Below, piece by piece: positions 23,057 to 33,220 of a DNA stretch of 64,000 nucleotides. Numbering within the stretch: position 1 is the first letter of the stretch; each line of letters opens with the position of its first letter. The position numbers and the translations under genes are program-made. A model generated the notes under the pieces. It searched no databases, was not told where the DNA came from, and saw only the letters and a list, made by a program, of their open reading frames with translations. The DNA comes from an uncultured virus (IMG/VR IMGVR_UViG_2660238384_000003) (taxonomy: Duplodnaviria > Heunggongvirae > Uroviricota > Caudoviricetes): positions 1 through 64,000 of IMG/VR virus record IMGVR_UViG_2660238384_000003. One strand, given 5' to 3'.

Positions 23057-23647
23057 TTAGACGGTAAGGTTCAGCCGGTAGCCGATATCGTAGGTATCGC
23101 CGTTCTGGAACACACGAGTCGCCGCGTACTTCGACGCCGATACCAGCGCACCCGTGGTGCCACCCTTGGTGCTGTTGGTCAGCAGCGCGGCGCCGTTGAC
23201 GTTGAGCTGCGACGCTGTGGCGATGGTTACGGTCGCCACGGTGTTCATGTTGTCGATGGACCCGGTAGCGGTGTCGGTCGGCGTCCAAGCTGGGCGGGTA
23301 GCGCTGGTGTAACCCTCGGTCATGCTGGTGATCTCCGAGGCCACCGCGGCGAAGTTAGCAGCGGTCCAGTTAGCAGCAGGTGCTGCCGTCCCAGCGAACA
23401 GGGCCAGGAAATACGACACCTTGGGCTTACTGCCCAGCGCGATGTTGAGGATGTGCGCCAGGCCCTCGGTGGGGATCAGGTTGTCGCCCTCCTTCTCCCA
23501 CTCGCCGCTGTTGATGCGGCCGAAGTACTCGCCACCGGCCAGTACGCTGAGCCGCGGGAAGGCAATGCCGTTTTCGGTGATGTCGAAGCTACCAGTGGCC
23601 AGGTCGGCGGCCATTTCTTTGCGCAGAGCGCTGCTAATGCGTTGCAT
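23057..23647 (-). CDS. Tail structural protein
   Basis: 196 aa, Thr/Ala-rich beta protein, NLIPTEG motif typical of phage tail proteins. Confidence 0.75.
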   Translation of the reverse strand: MQRISSALRKEMAADLATGSFDITENGIAFPRLSVLAGGEYFGRINSGEWEKEGDNLIPTEGLAHILNIALGSKPKVSYFLALFAGTAAPAANWTAANFAAVASEITSMTEGYTSATRPAWTPTDTATGSIDNMNTVATVTIATASQLNVNGAALLTNSTKGGTTGALVSASKYAATRVFQNGDTYDIGYRLNLTV

Positions 23648-23714
23648 AGGGTTCTCTCCGAAGTCCCATGCCGCACTCCTGCGCAGCGATTGAAGGCCCG
23701 ATATTCGGGGTGAT

Positions 23715-24905
23715 TCAGCTTACTGCCGTCAGTAGACGGCGGTCGAACACTACAGAGGTACCGGCACGGCCGGTGATGCCGGCGAGCACGCCTGCATGAA
23801 CCTCGGCGATGGCGCCACTGCTGGTGCCCATGACGTAGCCGTTCTCCGCTAGCCACACGGCGACCGGCGAGCCATCCGGTGATGCGTTGGTGCCTACCAC
23901 CTCGGCAGGGACCAGGACTGCACTACCAGGCACCGGAGCCCGCGATGCACGACGCGACACGCTCAGGCTTGCCGGATCAGCGCCATCCAGAAAGGCGACA
24001 TGATCGACCTGGCCCACCCAAATGCCGCCATCCACCGGCTGCACGAAGGTTATGCGCTGGGGCATCTGCACGAAGCCGTAGCGCTCATCGTGCAGGTGGT
24101 AGGCCAGGGCCTCGGAGAAGCGCAGCACGTTGGCGCGCGCGATCAGCAGACGCCCGCGCCAGTAGGCCAGGTGCTTGCCGGTCGGCATGGGCGACAGGTG
24201 GCGAAACTGCGCCGGTCGGCCCAGCTCCGGTAGCGTCGGCAGGATGACCGTGGCCGCGCCCAGCGGGTAGTCGCCGGCCAACAGCAGCTCGCCACCATTC
24301 GCTCGCGTCAGGTAGAGGCGCGCGCCGGTCACACTGGCATCCAAGCACAGCGGAAAGGTGACTTCCAGCGCGCCGGCATCGGTCACGTCCGCGAAGGCGA
24401 TCAGCGACGGCGCCGACTCCTGGGGGCCGCGCAGCCACGCCACAGCCGCGCCGTAGGTGCCTTGACTCAACGATCCGGCGCCTGCCACCAGCAGCGGCGG
24501 CGCCGGGGTGTCCAGCGTCAGGCGCTCGGCCTGCGCGCCATCGTAGGTGAAGATGCCCGCCGTTCCGGCGACGCACACCCGATTGTTCAGCACCTCGTGG
24601 GACAGGTCCCCTTCGCCGATCTGTGCGAGCGGCTCGAACGTCCATGAATGCGGATCGACCTTTCCCCACTGGTCGCCCAGGGCGCCGAAGGCGTCGCCGT
24701 GCAGTGGGCTTTGCCAGAGTTGGCGGAACGGCTGGTCCGTGACCTGGCGCACAGAGGCCCGCAGTTGCGCCTTGCCGGCCGGCGACAGGTCTATGTTCAC
24801 CGCATCACGCACATAGAGCCTCGGGCTCTCGCCGCCGCGTTGCAGCGCGGCATCTTCGGCGACGTTGTTGATGCCGGCCAGCGGCACCAGGGAAGTCGTG
24901 GCCAT
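23715..24905 (-). CDS. Tail structural protein (nozzle/stabilisation-like)
   Basis: 396 aa; LAGINN...DAVNID start and propeller-like pattern. Confidence 0.7.
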   Translation of the reverse strand: MATTSLVPLAGINNVAEDAALQRGGESPRLYVRDAVNIDLSPAGKAQLRASVRQVTDQPFRQLWQSPLHGDAFGALGDQWGKVDPHSWTFEPLAQIGEGDLSHEVLNNRVCVAGTAGIFTYDGAQAERLTLDTPAPPLLVAGAGSLSQGTYGAAVAWLRGPQESAPSLIAFADVTDAGALEVTFPLCLDASVTGARLYLTRANGGELLLAGDYPLGAATVILPTLPELGRPAQFRHLSPMPTGKHLAYWRGRLLIARANVLRFSEALAYHLHDERYGFVQMPQRITFVQPVDGGIWVGQVDHVAFLDGADPASLSVSRRASRAPVPGSAVLVPAEVVGTNASPDGSPVAVWLAENGYVMGTSSGAIAEVHAGVLAGITGRAGTSVVFDRRLLTAVS

Positions 24906-27868
24906 CAGAAAGCTCCTTTGCGGTACTGATCGGCGTTGCCGTCAGGGCGGATGTAGTGGACACCTGGCCGCACATTGGGCACGCCCACATCCACTGAATC
25001 CAACCCTACAGGTGCCACGGACTGGGCATTTGGATCCGGTGGGGTGAAGACGTTGCGGACTCGCATGCGATCCGCGAAATGCGACGGGTCGTATTCGCAG
25101 ATGAACGACTCCCAACCGTCCGGCTCAACCCCTCGCACCCGCAGCGAAACCCAGACTGTACCGAATGCTGATGTGTCGGTACCGCTTGGAATGGTCGGCA
25201 TCGGCGGTCCAACATGCAGCGACTGCCACTGGTACGGACCTTCTCCACGCGAATATCCCATAGCCTGCGACGGGAATCCGGTCATCTGGAGTCGACGATC
25301 CAGCAGCGATACCCATGTAGCCCCACCCGGGCCAGGAGCCGGCAGACCAGCAGGCCGAACTGTTTGCGGGCCGTAATAGGGGCCACGGTCTACGGCAGGC
25401 ACCCCGAGTAACATCGAATCAGCACCGGCGAACTGCGTCACGAACTGGGTGCCATCACCCACGATCGCCCACCCCATGCGATACGCCTGCAGACCCCGCG
25501 GCTCTAGGTAGCGACGTTTCAGGTAGATCGCGTGCTCACCCACCTTCGACACGTCGCCCAGCGGGAATGGCTTGAGGATGCCCAAGTAGGTGCTGATGCG
25601 CGCCGAGCCGAACCGCTCGCCCGGAGGATAAACCAGCGTTTCCCCTACATAGTGCAGGTTACCGGCTGGATGGTTCTGCTTAGCCTGCTCGGGTGCCTCC
25701 TTCACCGCCCAGATGGTGTGCGGCGTGAGACGCGGCTTGGATGGCTGGAACACTTCAGCGTCGGGCCATTCGTCCACCGTAAGCTTGCGCAGCTTCAAGC
25801 TCACGGCTGGCAGGCCGTAGCCGTCCACCTTGATGCCGGCGTCGATGTTCACTCCCATGATGCGCACCGTCGGCTCCTCGATGTCCGGCGCCCGGATGCC
25901 TGTCGCGTACAGGACGTACTGATTCAGACCGGGCTTTCCGAGCACGGCTCCGGTGTTAACCGCCTGATCAACCATGATGTTCTGCGGCGAGTACGGCGGC
26001 GCGCCGGTCTTGGTCACCACCAGCTTGTCGCCCATCCTGAGCAGGTTGGTGCCTGGAACCGTGATGGTCTGCTTGCGGTCGGCGATCTTTGCCTGGCCGA
26101 ACAACTGCATGTTGCTGCCGTCCGGCGCCACCGGACGCCATTGCAGGCGCACGAAGGCCGAACCGAATTCCTCGGCGTTCGCCCCGAAGGTCGCGACCTC
26201 CGGCGTCACGTTGTGGATGCGCGGATCGCCGAACAGGTCTTTGTGCGCCCACCTCGGCCCGATCGCGTTGAAGTGGATCGACAGAGCCGCCAGGCCCATG
26301 TTCAGCATGTCGTTGCTTGCCGGATCGACATAGCGCGTGTACAGCTTGACCTCGGGCAACTTGATATCCGGCGGCTCGATGCTGTAGCGCGGCTCGATGC
26401 TGATACCGCGAATGGCGAAATCGATGAACACGATGCCGATATCCGCCGAGTCGAAGCCGCCGATGCGGTCGAAGTAACGCCGCGTGTTCTCCAGTCTCGC
26501 AACACCGAACGCGCTTTGCGCATTCCCGGTCGGCACCAACACCCTCGCGCCGTTGTAGACGGCATGCCAATTCAGGATCGGCGGCGGTTCGATGCCTTCC
26601 AGCGGCAGGTAACGGCGGCCGTAGGCAATCATGGCTGCGGTGGTGATCTGCGGCGGCGCCACGCCGCCTGGCAGGATCGGCCTGGCATTGTTGTCGATCT
26701 GCGGGAAGCCGGCTGGCGGCGAAGGCATGCCGATGGTGCCCACTTGACGGTTTCGGTTCTCCACCAGCGTCCACTGCGACCAGGGTGGCGGGTTCAACTC
26801 GCTGTCCGGGTCGTACTCCTGGACCACGTACTGGCGCAGGTTCCACACGTCTGCGCGGCCCCAGCGGTATTCTTCCTGGACGGTGCTCTGGAATCCGGCC
26901 GGCTCGGCAAAGGTGAGCCAGTTGTTGATCGCCTGCTGCCCCCACAACTCGGCGAAGCCTTGAGGCGCGACCGTCTGCGACTCGGGAATGATCCGCGTGC
27001 CGAATGCCGAGGAATCCCAGCCTGGCGGCTCCAAGAAGCGCGTGCCGCCGACCATAGGTCTGGCCACGGCATCCAGAAACGTGCCAATGGGCTCCAGAAC
27101 GCGCGTTCCCTGACTGACCCATGCCGTCCCCATGCCTGGCGCTGGAACACCAGCATTGAGCTGCACGAACTGGCGTTCGTGGCTGATGCGGTGGACATCC
27201 GGGATCGCGGTCGCCAGTAGGCCGCCAGGCTTCAGGTAGCGGGTGTACAGCCAAACCGTGGGATTCGCGCCCCACGGCGGCGGCGCAATGTTGCCGGCCG
27301 CGACATAGCGGTTTCGGTTGATGATGTTCGCCTGCCCGCTTTGGTAGGCGACAAATCCGGTCGGCTGAACCGTTCGGTGCTTGTTCTGTGCGTTGTGGGA
27401 TCCGATGACGTTCGAATTGAAGCCGTAGGCCGAAACGAACGTGCTGTACTTCCAAGCCTTGGCGGCGCCGAACACTTGGTGCGACGATCCTACAGGCAAC
27501 ACAAAGCGATACTGAGTACGGATCGCCGGTGGCGGTACCATGGAATCGCTGAATCCGCCCGGGAAAACCGTTTGGCCCTCTACCGGCGGCAACTCACCCC
27601 ACTGAAGCAGCACAGCATTGGACGCTGGCGGCACGTAGCCGGGGTCAACGGTAGAGAAGTCGAGATCCGCCGATGCGTGCGGGTCCGGAAGGATTGTCCG
27701 CACTACCCGGGCATCGCGCGAGAGCAGCGGTGGCTGAATGCCCCAAGCTCCGATGGTTCCTTCGGGAAGGTTCGCCGGCGGGCCGCCACCCAGCGTGACG
27801 TTGCGACTGCTGGAGGGGACGTAGCCGCTGGGTACTGCGTCAAAACGCAGCTCTACGCCCGTGGTCAT
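24905..27868 (-). CDS. Repetitive tail/adsorption protein
   Basis: 987 aa with recurring P-x-G...FG-x-A/P units. Confidence 0.75.
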   Translation of the reverse strand: MTTGVELRFDAVPSGYVPSSSRNVTLGGGPPANLPEGTIGAWGIQPPLLSRDARVVRTILPDPHASADLDFSTVDPGYVPPASNAVLLQWGELPPVEGQTVFPGGFSDSMVPPPAIRTQYRFVLPVGSSHQVFGAAKAWKYSTFVSAYGFNSNVIGSHNAQNKHRTVQPTGFVAYQSGQANIINRNRYVAAGNIAPPPWGANPTVWLYTRYLKPGGLLATAIPDVHRISHERQFVQLNAGVPAPGMGTAWVSQGTRVLEPIGTFLDAVARPMVGGTRFLEPPGWDSSAFGTRIIPESQTVAPQGFAELWGQQAINNWLTFAEPAGFQSTVQEEYRWGRADVWNLRQYVVQEYDPDSELNPPPWSQWTLVENRNRQVGTIGMPSPPAGFPQIDNNARPILPGGVAPPQITTAAMIAYGRRYLPLEGIEPPPILNWHAVYNGARVLVPTGNAQSAFGVARLENTRRYFDRIGGFDSADIGIVFIDFAIRGISIEPRYSIEPPDIKLPEVKLYTRYVDPASNDMLNMGLAALSIHFNAIGPRWAHKDLFGDPRIHNVTPEVATFGANAEEFGSAFVRLQWRPVAPDGSNMQLFGQAKIADRKQTITVPGTNLLRMGDKLVVTKTGAPPYSPQNIMVDQAVNTGAVLGKPGLNQYVLYATGIRAPDIEEPTVRIMGVNIDAGIKVDGYGLPAVSLKLRKLTVDEWPDAEVFQPSKPRLTPHTIWAVKEAPEQAKQNHPAGNLHYVGETLVYPPGERFGSARISTYLGILKPFPLGDVSKVGEHAIYLKRRYLEPRGLQAYRMGWAIVGDGTQFVTQFAGADSMLLGVPAVDRGPYYGPQTVRPAGLPAPGPGGATWVSLLDRRLQMTGFPSQAMGYSRGEGPYQWQSLHVGPPMPTIPSGTDTSAFGTVWVSLRVRGVEPDGWESFICEYDPSHFADRMRVRNVFTPPDPNAQSVAPVGLDSVDVGVPNVRPGVHYIRPDGNADQYRKGAF

Positions 27869-27870
27869 AG

Positions 27871-28728
27871 CTACTCCAGCACGATGCGATCGGCGATCAC
27901 AGCGTTGATCAGCGGCGAGTTCTCATCGTCCAGGCCGACTACGTACATGGTGGTACCCACCTTCGCGATGACCGGAATTTCGAACAGACCTGATGAGTCG
28001 CTGCGTCCTCTACCGATCACCGACCCTGTTTCGCGCTCGTGAACATGGACGATGCGGGTAGCAGGCTGGCCAGCCTGGTCCACGACGGTGCCCGAGACGG
28101 TTCCACCGTAGATGGAGCATGTCACCAGTGTGACACCACCCTGAACGATCGTAGTCAGGTCGGTGGAAGACACCACAGTGGTGCCGTTGAGGACCACCAG
28201 CTTGATGGGGAGTCCAGCAGTTTGGGCGGTGTTCTTGATGGCCACATCGATTTGCCTGCCCGGAACGACACGCGCCACGAATTGGACGTTTTCACTGGAT
28301 CGGTTATGCGTGCCGCGAAATAGCGCCAGGTCGGCGTTGTAGTTGCCCGAAAAGCTGGTAATACCTGAGTCGACACCAGTCGGGTGGAAGATAATCGCCA
28401 GGCGCAGCCCGCAGTTGATCGAGTAGTACCGGCTAACTCCTGCGATCGCCTGTGAGTAGTGCGTACTGGCCGAGGTGAACTGGTAGGGGACAATCTCCAC
28501 ACCGCACTCGGTTGAAACAACCAACCTATCGGCCCCGCCGGTCCACAACGGCGGGATTGGTAGCAGCGTCGCACTATCATCGGTGCTCGGCCAGCTAGGG
28601 TTATAGGCAGTCGTTGAGCCTTGGAAGTCGGCCACCCAGGCGGTATAGATGTCGTCGAGCGATGTCGCACTGGTGACGAATGATGGAGAGACGAATTTTT
28701 CGCCGTCCAGGTCGATGGTGTCGGCCAT
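27871..28728 (-). CDS. Putative tail fibre/receptor-binding accessory protein
   Basis: 285 aa; C-terminal SGTVVDQAGQP...SDSSGLF beta-sandwich. Confidence 0.6.
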   Translation of the reverse strand: MADTIDLDGEKFVSPSFVTSATSLDDIYTAWVADFQGSTTAYNPSWPSTDDSATLLPIPPLWTGGADRLVVSTECGVEIVPYQFTSASTHYSQAIAGVSRYYSINCGLRLAIIFHPTGVDSGITSFSGNYNADLALFRGTHNRSSENVQFVARVVPGRQIDVAIKNTAQTAGLPIKLVVLNGTTVVSSTDLTTIVQGGVTLVTCSIYGGTVSGTVVDQAGQPATRIVHVHERETGSVIGRGRSDSSGLFEIPVIAKVGTTMYVVGLDDENSPLINAVIADRIVLE

Positions 28729-29153
28729 TAATTCGCTCCTTCAACCGGTTGACCGAGGATCGTTTCGTCTGGCCAGTAGCCTTTCGCCTGGTGCCACTGG
28801 GCATAGCGCTCCAGCAGCACCCTGTCTCCGACCTGGGCGCCGTAGCGCACACCGTAGTCGATAGCCCACTGCTGCTGGCAGCGGTCGGGCGGACATGGAG
28901 CCTGCTCGTGAACGAACATCTGGAACGGAGGCAAGGCGCCTACAGCCTTCCAGTTGACGTACATTTCCTGGCTCGGCGTCAGTTCAATGGGCCTGGGCTC
29001 GATACCCTTGACACCGATACCCTGCGCTGGCGGCTTGCCCGAGCCACTCATCAGCCTCATGCAGCCCTCACAATCACAGGGGCGTTCAAGCGGCCGGCAT
29101 GCCACGCAGTGACAGTCGGCATTCTTCTCGTGCGGGTGTTGATGCCCTTGCAT
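28728..29153 (-). CDS. Hypothetical protein with Cys-rich N-terminus
   Basis: 141 aa; AGGAG RBS; CHCVAC..CDCEGC. Confidence 0.7.
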   Translation of the reverse strand: MQGHQHPHEKNADCHCVACRPLERPCDCEGCMRLMSGSGKPPAQGIGVKGIEPRPIELTPSQEMYVNWKAVGALPPFQMFVHEQAPCPPDRCQQQWAIDYGVRYGAQVGDRVLLERYAQWHQAKGYWPDETILGQPVEGAN

Positions 29154-29176
29154 TTCGCACTCCTGCGCGCAGGCGC

Positions 29177-29584
29177 TCAGACCTTGAAGATTTTGTTGGT
29201 GCCGTTATCCCAGGTGACAATGATGTCGCCGCCGTTGGGGGTGATCGGCAGGCCGGTAGCCGTGTCGATGAATGCAATCAGCGGGCTGGTGGACTCGGTA
29301 CCGGTGTCCTTGTAGATGATGATTGCCTCGATGCTCGCGCCGGACACACTGGTGAACGTCACATCCGCACCGTCGGCGGCGCCGCCAGTGGTGGTCTTCG
29401 CGGTAAGAGTGACCGGGCCAGCGATCCGGGACGACGACGGGATATCCGACAGGTACTGGTGGATCGCAGTCTGCGGCGTGTAGGCGCCGGTATCGACCAG
29501 GATCACCTTGATCGTGTCGGTCATCCAGTTGAACTGGCCCTCCAGGAAGCGCTGGCGGGCATAGTCATAGAGGGTATTTGCCAT
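29177..29584 (-). CDS. Small tail structural protein (MANTLYDY...)
   Basis: 135 aa; TPNGGDI-x-V-x-W motif of phage tail proteins. Confidence 0.75.
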   Translation of the reverse strand: MANTLYDYARQRFLEGQFNWMTDTIKVILVDTGAYTPQTAIHQYLSDIPSSSRIAGPVTLTAKTTTGGAADGADVTFTSVSGASIEAIIIYKDTGTESTSPLIAFIDTATGLPITPNGGDIIVTWDNGTNKIFKV

Positions 29585-29771
29585 CAGGGGTGTGCTCCAG
29601 GTCTTGGAGCGCACTCCTGCGCGCTGCTGCGGGGTTTTGAATAACGGTGCCTTCGTCGGCCGAAATCTGCAGGCGCGCCACCTGCCCGGACTTCTTTTCC
29701 AGGCGGATGGCAGTACCATCGATCAGCAGTACCTCTCCGACCTTCAGGTCCACGCTCATCTTCTTGCTCAT
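29565..29771 (-). CDS. Divergent CsrA-fold small protein in the late operon
   Basis: KVGEVLLIDG...SGQVARLQISA aligns by eye with CsrA RVGETLxIG...GNQVRIGVNA; lacks the Arg44 equivalent. Confidence 0.55.
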   Translation of the reverse strand: MSKKMSVDLKVGEVLLIDGTAIRLEKKSGQVARLQISADEGTVIQNPAAARRSALQDLEHTPDGKYPL

Positions 29772-30445
29772 GGCCAGAATGCCTCTACATGGTGAGGAAC
29801 ATCCTCACGGGTGATGCGCCGCAGGTCGGAGTCGGGGCGCTCGCCGAAGTAGGCCGTGAAAGCGGCTTCGGCCAGCGCGGCGCGGTTCGGATCGAACGAC
29901 TCCATGTCGGGGATGCTGAAGCCGCGATGCAGCGCCCACTGGACCAGATGCCGGTGGTGCTCGGCGTGAATCTCCGGCTGCGCGGTGTCCTTGTCGGCCA
30001 GCGCCATGTCAGCCAGGGGCGTGCGGTAGCCCTCCACGCGCAGAATGCCAGCCCGGTCGGGGGTTGGCACCAGGCGCAGCGAAGTGTCGCCCTGGATGGC
30101 GTACAGCGGCTTGCCGGTGCATGCGCGCCATTCCGGCAGCTCCACGTCCAGCACCTCGGCCGACTTCAGCACCGGCATGGTCGGGCGCGACATATCGGCC
30201 GGGTAGAAGCCCAGGTGCGACAGTTCGTATAGCGACGCATGCAACTGGTAGACGGCAGTTCCGGCGACCACCTCGGTGCGGCACACGGCGTCGGCCTGGC
30301 TCTCGTGGATCAGCCTGCCGCGCACGGCGGCTTCGCGCACTGCGTCGTTGAGCCAGTCGGCCACGTCCTGGTCCGACCAGAAATACGGCTCCACCATGTC
30401 GTTCGCGTCCGTGCGAACTCGGCGGATCAGGTCGGCCAGCGTCAT
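29768..30445 (-). CDS. Head-tail adaptor protein
   Basis: MTLADLIRRVR...YFWSD...WLNDA...PEIHAEHHRHLV pattern; follows head genes. Confidence 0.75.
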   Translation of the reverse strand: MTLADLIRRVRTDANDMVEPYFWSDQDVADWLNDAVREAAVRGRLIHESQADAVCRTEVVAGTAVYQLHASLYELSHLGFYPADMSRPTMPVLKSAEVLDVELPEWRACTGKPLYAIQGDTSLRLVPTPDRAGILRVEGYRTPLADMALADKDTAQPEIHAEHHRHLVQWALHRGFSIPDMESFDPNRAALAEAAFTAYFGERPDSDLRRITREDVPHHVEAFWP

Positions 30446-31314
30446 ACCGCGCCACCGAACTGGTCGATGCGCGCGTGGACGGCATCACGGGAACGCGCCA
30501 AGCCGTGCTGCTTGACCAGGTTCAGGCCGTAGCGGTCCTTGGCGAATGCCGCCAGGCTGGTGAAGTCGGCGAAGTTGTCCACCTCCCGGTGCAGGGCCGA
30601 TAGGTCTTCCTCCTTGCGAGCGCGCTCCTGCTGGGCCTGCTGAGCCTGCGCGATCACCTGCTTGGTGTCGTCGCCGGCCGGCGCGGGGCCGGTGGAGCGC
30701 TCGAACAGGTCGCGATGGTTGAGGAATCGACGCGCCAGATCGCCGGGCACGCTACGCACCTGCCCTTGGGTGAACATCAGCCCGGAGCCATACAGGCGGT
30801 CGGTGAAGCTTTCCCGCGGTCCGATGTACTTGATGGGCACGCCGTTATCCAGCATGGGCACGCCGTCGCTCGCCATCTGCGCCACCAGGGCCGCATTCTT
30901 GCCCAGCACCTCGTTGAGTTGGTCTTGCAACTCAGCCACGCGCGCGTCGGCGTCCTGGCTCCCGGCGTCCGGGATGTCCTTGAGTGCATGAACCACGGCG
31001 CGGAACAGATAGTCCTTGACCTTCTGCGACTCGGGCAACTCGGCGTAGGGAACGCAGCACGGGTGCGTCTTCGCCTCGAAGTCCTTGACCTCGCCATGGA
31101 CCCAGCCGTTGGCCAGCTTGTCCGCCAGCCAGGACTCATGGGACTGCTCGGGGGTGGTGTCTGGGTTGTCCAGGTGGAGTTGCACGCCGGCCAGGATGCC
31201 GCGCTGCATGTCTTCCGGGCACTCGGCGAACGGTGGTGCCACCTTGTCGCCGATGGCGAGGCAGTAGGCGGAATTGATCGCGTGGGCGATGGTGGCGATG
31301 AGGATGGGTTTCAT
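30442..31314 (-). CDS. RyR-domain protein
   Basis: HESWLADKLANGWVHG...KTHPCCVPYAELPESQKVKD is the RyR repeat signature. Confidence 0.8.
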   Translation of the reverse strand: MKPILIATIAHAINSAYCLAIGDKVAPPFAECPEDMQRGILAGVQLHLDNPDTTPEQSHESWLADKLANGWVHGEVKDFEAKTHPCCVPYAELPESQKVKDYLFRAVVHALKDIPDAGSQDADARVAELQDQLNEVLGKNAALVAQMASDGVPMLDNGVPIKYIGPRESFTDRLYGSGLMFTQGQVRSVPGDLARRFLNHRDLFERSTGPAPAGDDTKQVIAQAQQAQQERARKEEDLSALHREVDNFADFTSLAAFAKDRYGLNLVKQHGLARSRDAVHARIDQFGGAV

Positions 31315-31378
31315 GAATGTCCTACTCCTGCGTGACAGAAGGGCCAGCACGGGCCGGCCCTTCGTGGGGCGGCGGCGC

Positions 31379-31858
31379 TTAGACTGCGCCGAGGCGCTCG
31401 CCGAGGACGATCACCTGGAGCTTGCCCGCCTCCGCGACGGCAGCGCCTTTGATGGTGATAACCAGATTGGCGTCCTTGGGCAGCGCGAACAGCGCCTTGC
31501 TGGAACTGGTGCGCAGGCGCGCAGCGGCCGACAGCAGCAGGCCAGCGCCGAAATATGCGGCGTCCTGCGGATAGGTCGCGTCGTCCACGCCGTCGGCGTA
31601 GGCAAAGCCCACGTCAGCGGTCACGCCGGCACCGAAGTGGTCGGAAATCACCAGTTGCAGGTCTTCGGCGACGAAGCCGGCGGGCAACGGGAACTCGAAC
31701 GCCACGACATCGCCAACCGCCAGCGCGGCGGCGGCATTGCTGTTGAGCAGAACGCCGGCCGCGTTGGTCGCGAGCTGGTAACGCAGGGTGGTCAGGTTGC
31801 CATACGGCGTGAAACCGCCGAACTGGCCGCCGAGCGGGATGGTCTTGTACTGGGCCAT
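31379..31858 (-). CDS. Capsid decoration/cement protein
   Basis: 159-aa Ala/Gly-rich beta protein right after the capsid gene; GGAGG RBS. Confidence 0.65.
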   Translation of the reverse strand: MAQYKTIPLGGQFGGFTPYGNLTTLRYQLATNAAGVLLNSNAAAALAVGDVVAFEFPLPAGFVAEDLQLVISDHFGAGVTADVGFAYADGVDDATYPQDAAYFGAGLLLSAAARLRTSSSKALFALPKDANLVITIKGAAVAEAGKLQVIVLGERLGAV

Positions 31859-31916
31859 AACGGGCCTCCTTTCAATCTGGACGAAGGAAAGGGCCGGGAT
31901 CACCGACCCTTGTCGC

Positions 31917-33208
31917 TTACTTGCGGGGGCCGATGATCTTGACGGCGGTGTCGATCGCCATCACGCCGTGGTCGGTGTACTCCAAGCCGTTGGTCGCCTC
32001 GACGGCGAAACGAATCTTGGAGCAGCCGAGGATCGCGCCGATCAGCAGTTCCAGCTTGTCGCCGTGGTCCATGTCCTTCTCGGACCAGAAGAACGGCATG
32101 CCGGAGTGCTCGGAAGCCGCCCAGGCTTGCGCCAGAGCCTGGCCGCCCAGCAGCAGGGCGCGGTCCACCGCGTACTGATTGCCGAAGCTATCCGGCACCA
32201 CGGCGCTCGACTCGGCTTCCGAGTTGTATGCGGCGCAATACTTGATGGTGTCGCCCGCGTAGAAGCGGATCGGCTTCGGCATCTTGATGATGAGGGTGTT
32301 GGACCACAGGCCCGCATCGACGCGGAAGATCGGGTGCTGCTTGGCATTCGACGCGCGTGCCAGTGCGGCAGCCTGCCAACTACGGAACTTCTCCTGCTTG
32401 GCGAAGCTGTTGTACTGGGCCGGCGAGCACAGCAGGACGCGGATCGGCGAATCCTCAGCAGCCTCATCGCCCTCGAACTTCACGGGCGGCGGCGGCAGCT
32501 CGATCTGGTCCATGTAGGTGGCGATGGAGTCGACCACATCCACGTCCAGCACGTCGGCGGTGGTGATGTTGTACTCCCCGCATTCGGCGCAACGCCAGTG
32601 ATGGCATCGGCGCTGGCCACGAAGTGACGGTTCTTGGTCGGCGCCTTGACGCGGTTGACCAGCATGTCAGCCAGCTTCGGATGCGTCTCCAGCGGGAGGC
32701 ACCACTCCTTGTTGTAGTGGTTACCACGGGCGCCGGCCAGGTGAACCAGCATGGACTGGTCCAGGTAGGCGTCCATGAACCACTTCGCCTTCGGACGGCC
32801 GAGGCGGCGCAGGTCGTAGGGGTTGCGAATCTGCGACATCACATCGCCCAGGTCCACCGGGAAGCGGGCTTGGTTGACGCGCAGTTGGTCGCTGCCGATC
32901 TTCAGGCCAGTGCCCTTGCCCTCGGCGTACTCGCTACCCATGATCGGGAAGGCGTTCGCCGGCTGCACGAAGTGGAAACGCACCTCGTCGCCCTTGTTGC
33001 GGCCCAGGTCCTGGGCCTGGACGATGGGAAGCTCCAGGCTCGACTGGCCCTTGGTCTTCTTCTCGGCGTCGTTGGTGCCGCTCGGCATCTTGCCGGTCAG
33101 GCGGTTCAGGGTCGAGTTGCGGCCCTGGCAGAGCGCGAACAAGCCGGCGGCCTGTTGGATCATCGCGTTCGGATCACCGTAACGCATGGTGGTTTTGCTT
33201 GCGGTCAT
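31917..33208 (-). CDS. Major capsid protein (N4 gp56/DUF4043-like), frameshift near 32577
   Basis: 242-aa and 211-aa ORFs join to 430 aa with one G added; DLGRNKGDEVRF motif; follows scaffold. Confidence 0.85.
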
Positions 33209-33220
33209 GGGGTAGCTCCC

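Noticed and set aside
23634..23669. 11-codon uORF (MGLRREPYATH) following the AGGA hairpin
   Set aside because: Could be chance; no independent support without conservation data
23715..29584. Diversity-generating retroelement or invertible tail-fibre cassette
   Set aside because: No reverse transcriptase, invertase or TR/VR-type repeat pair seen
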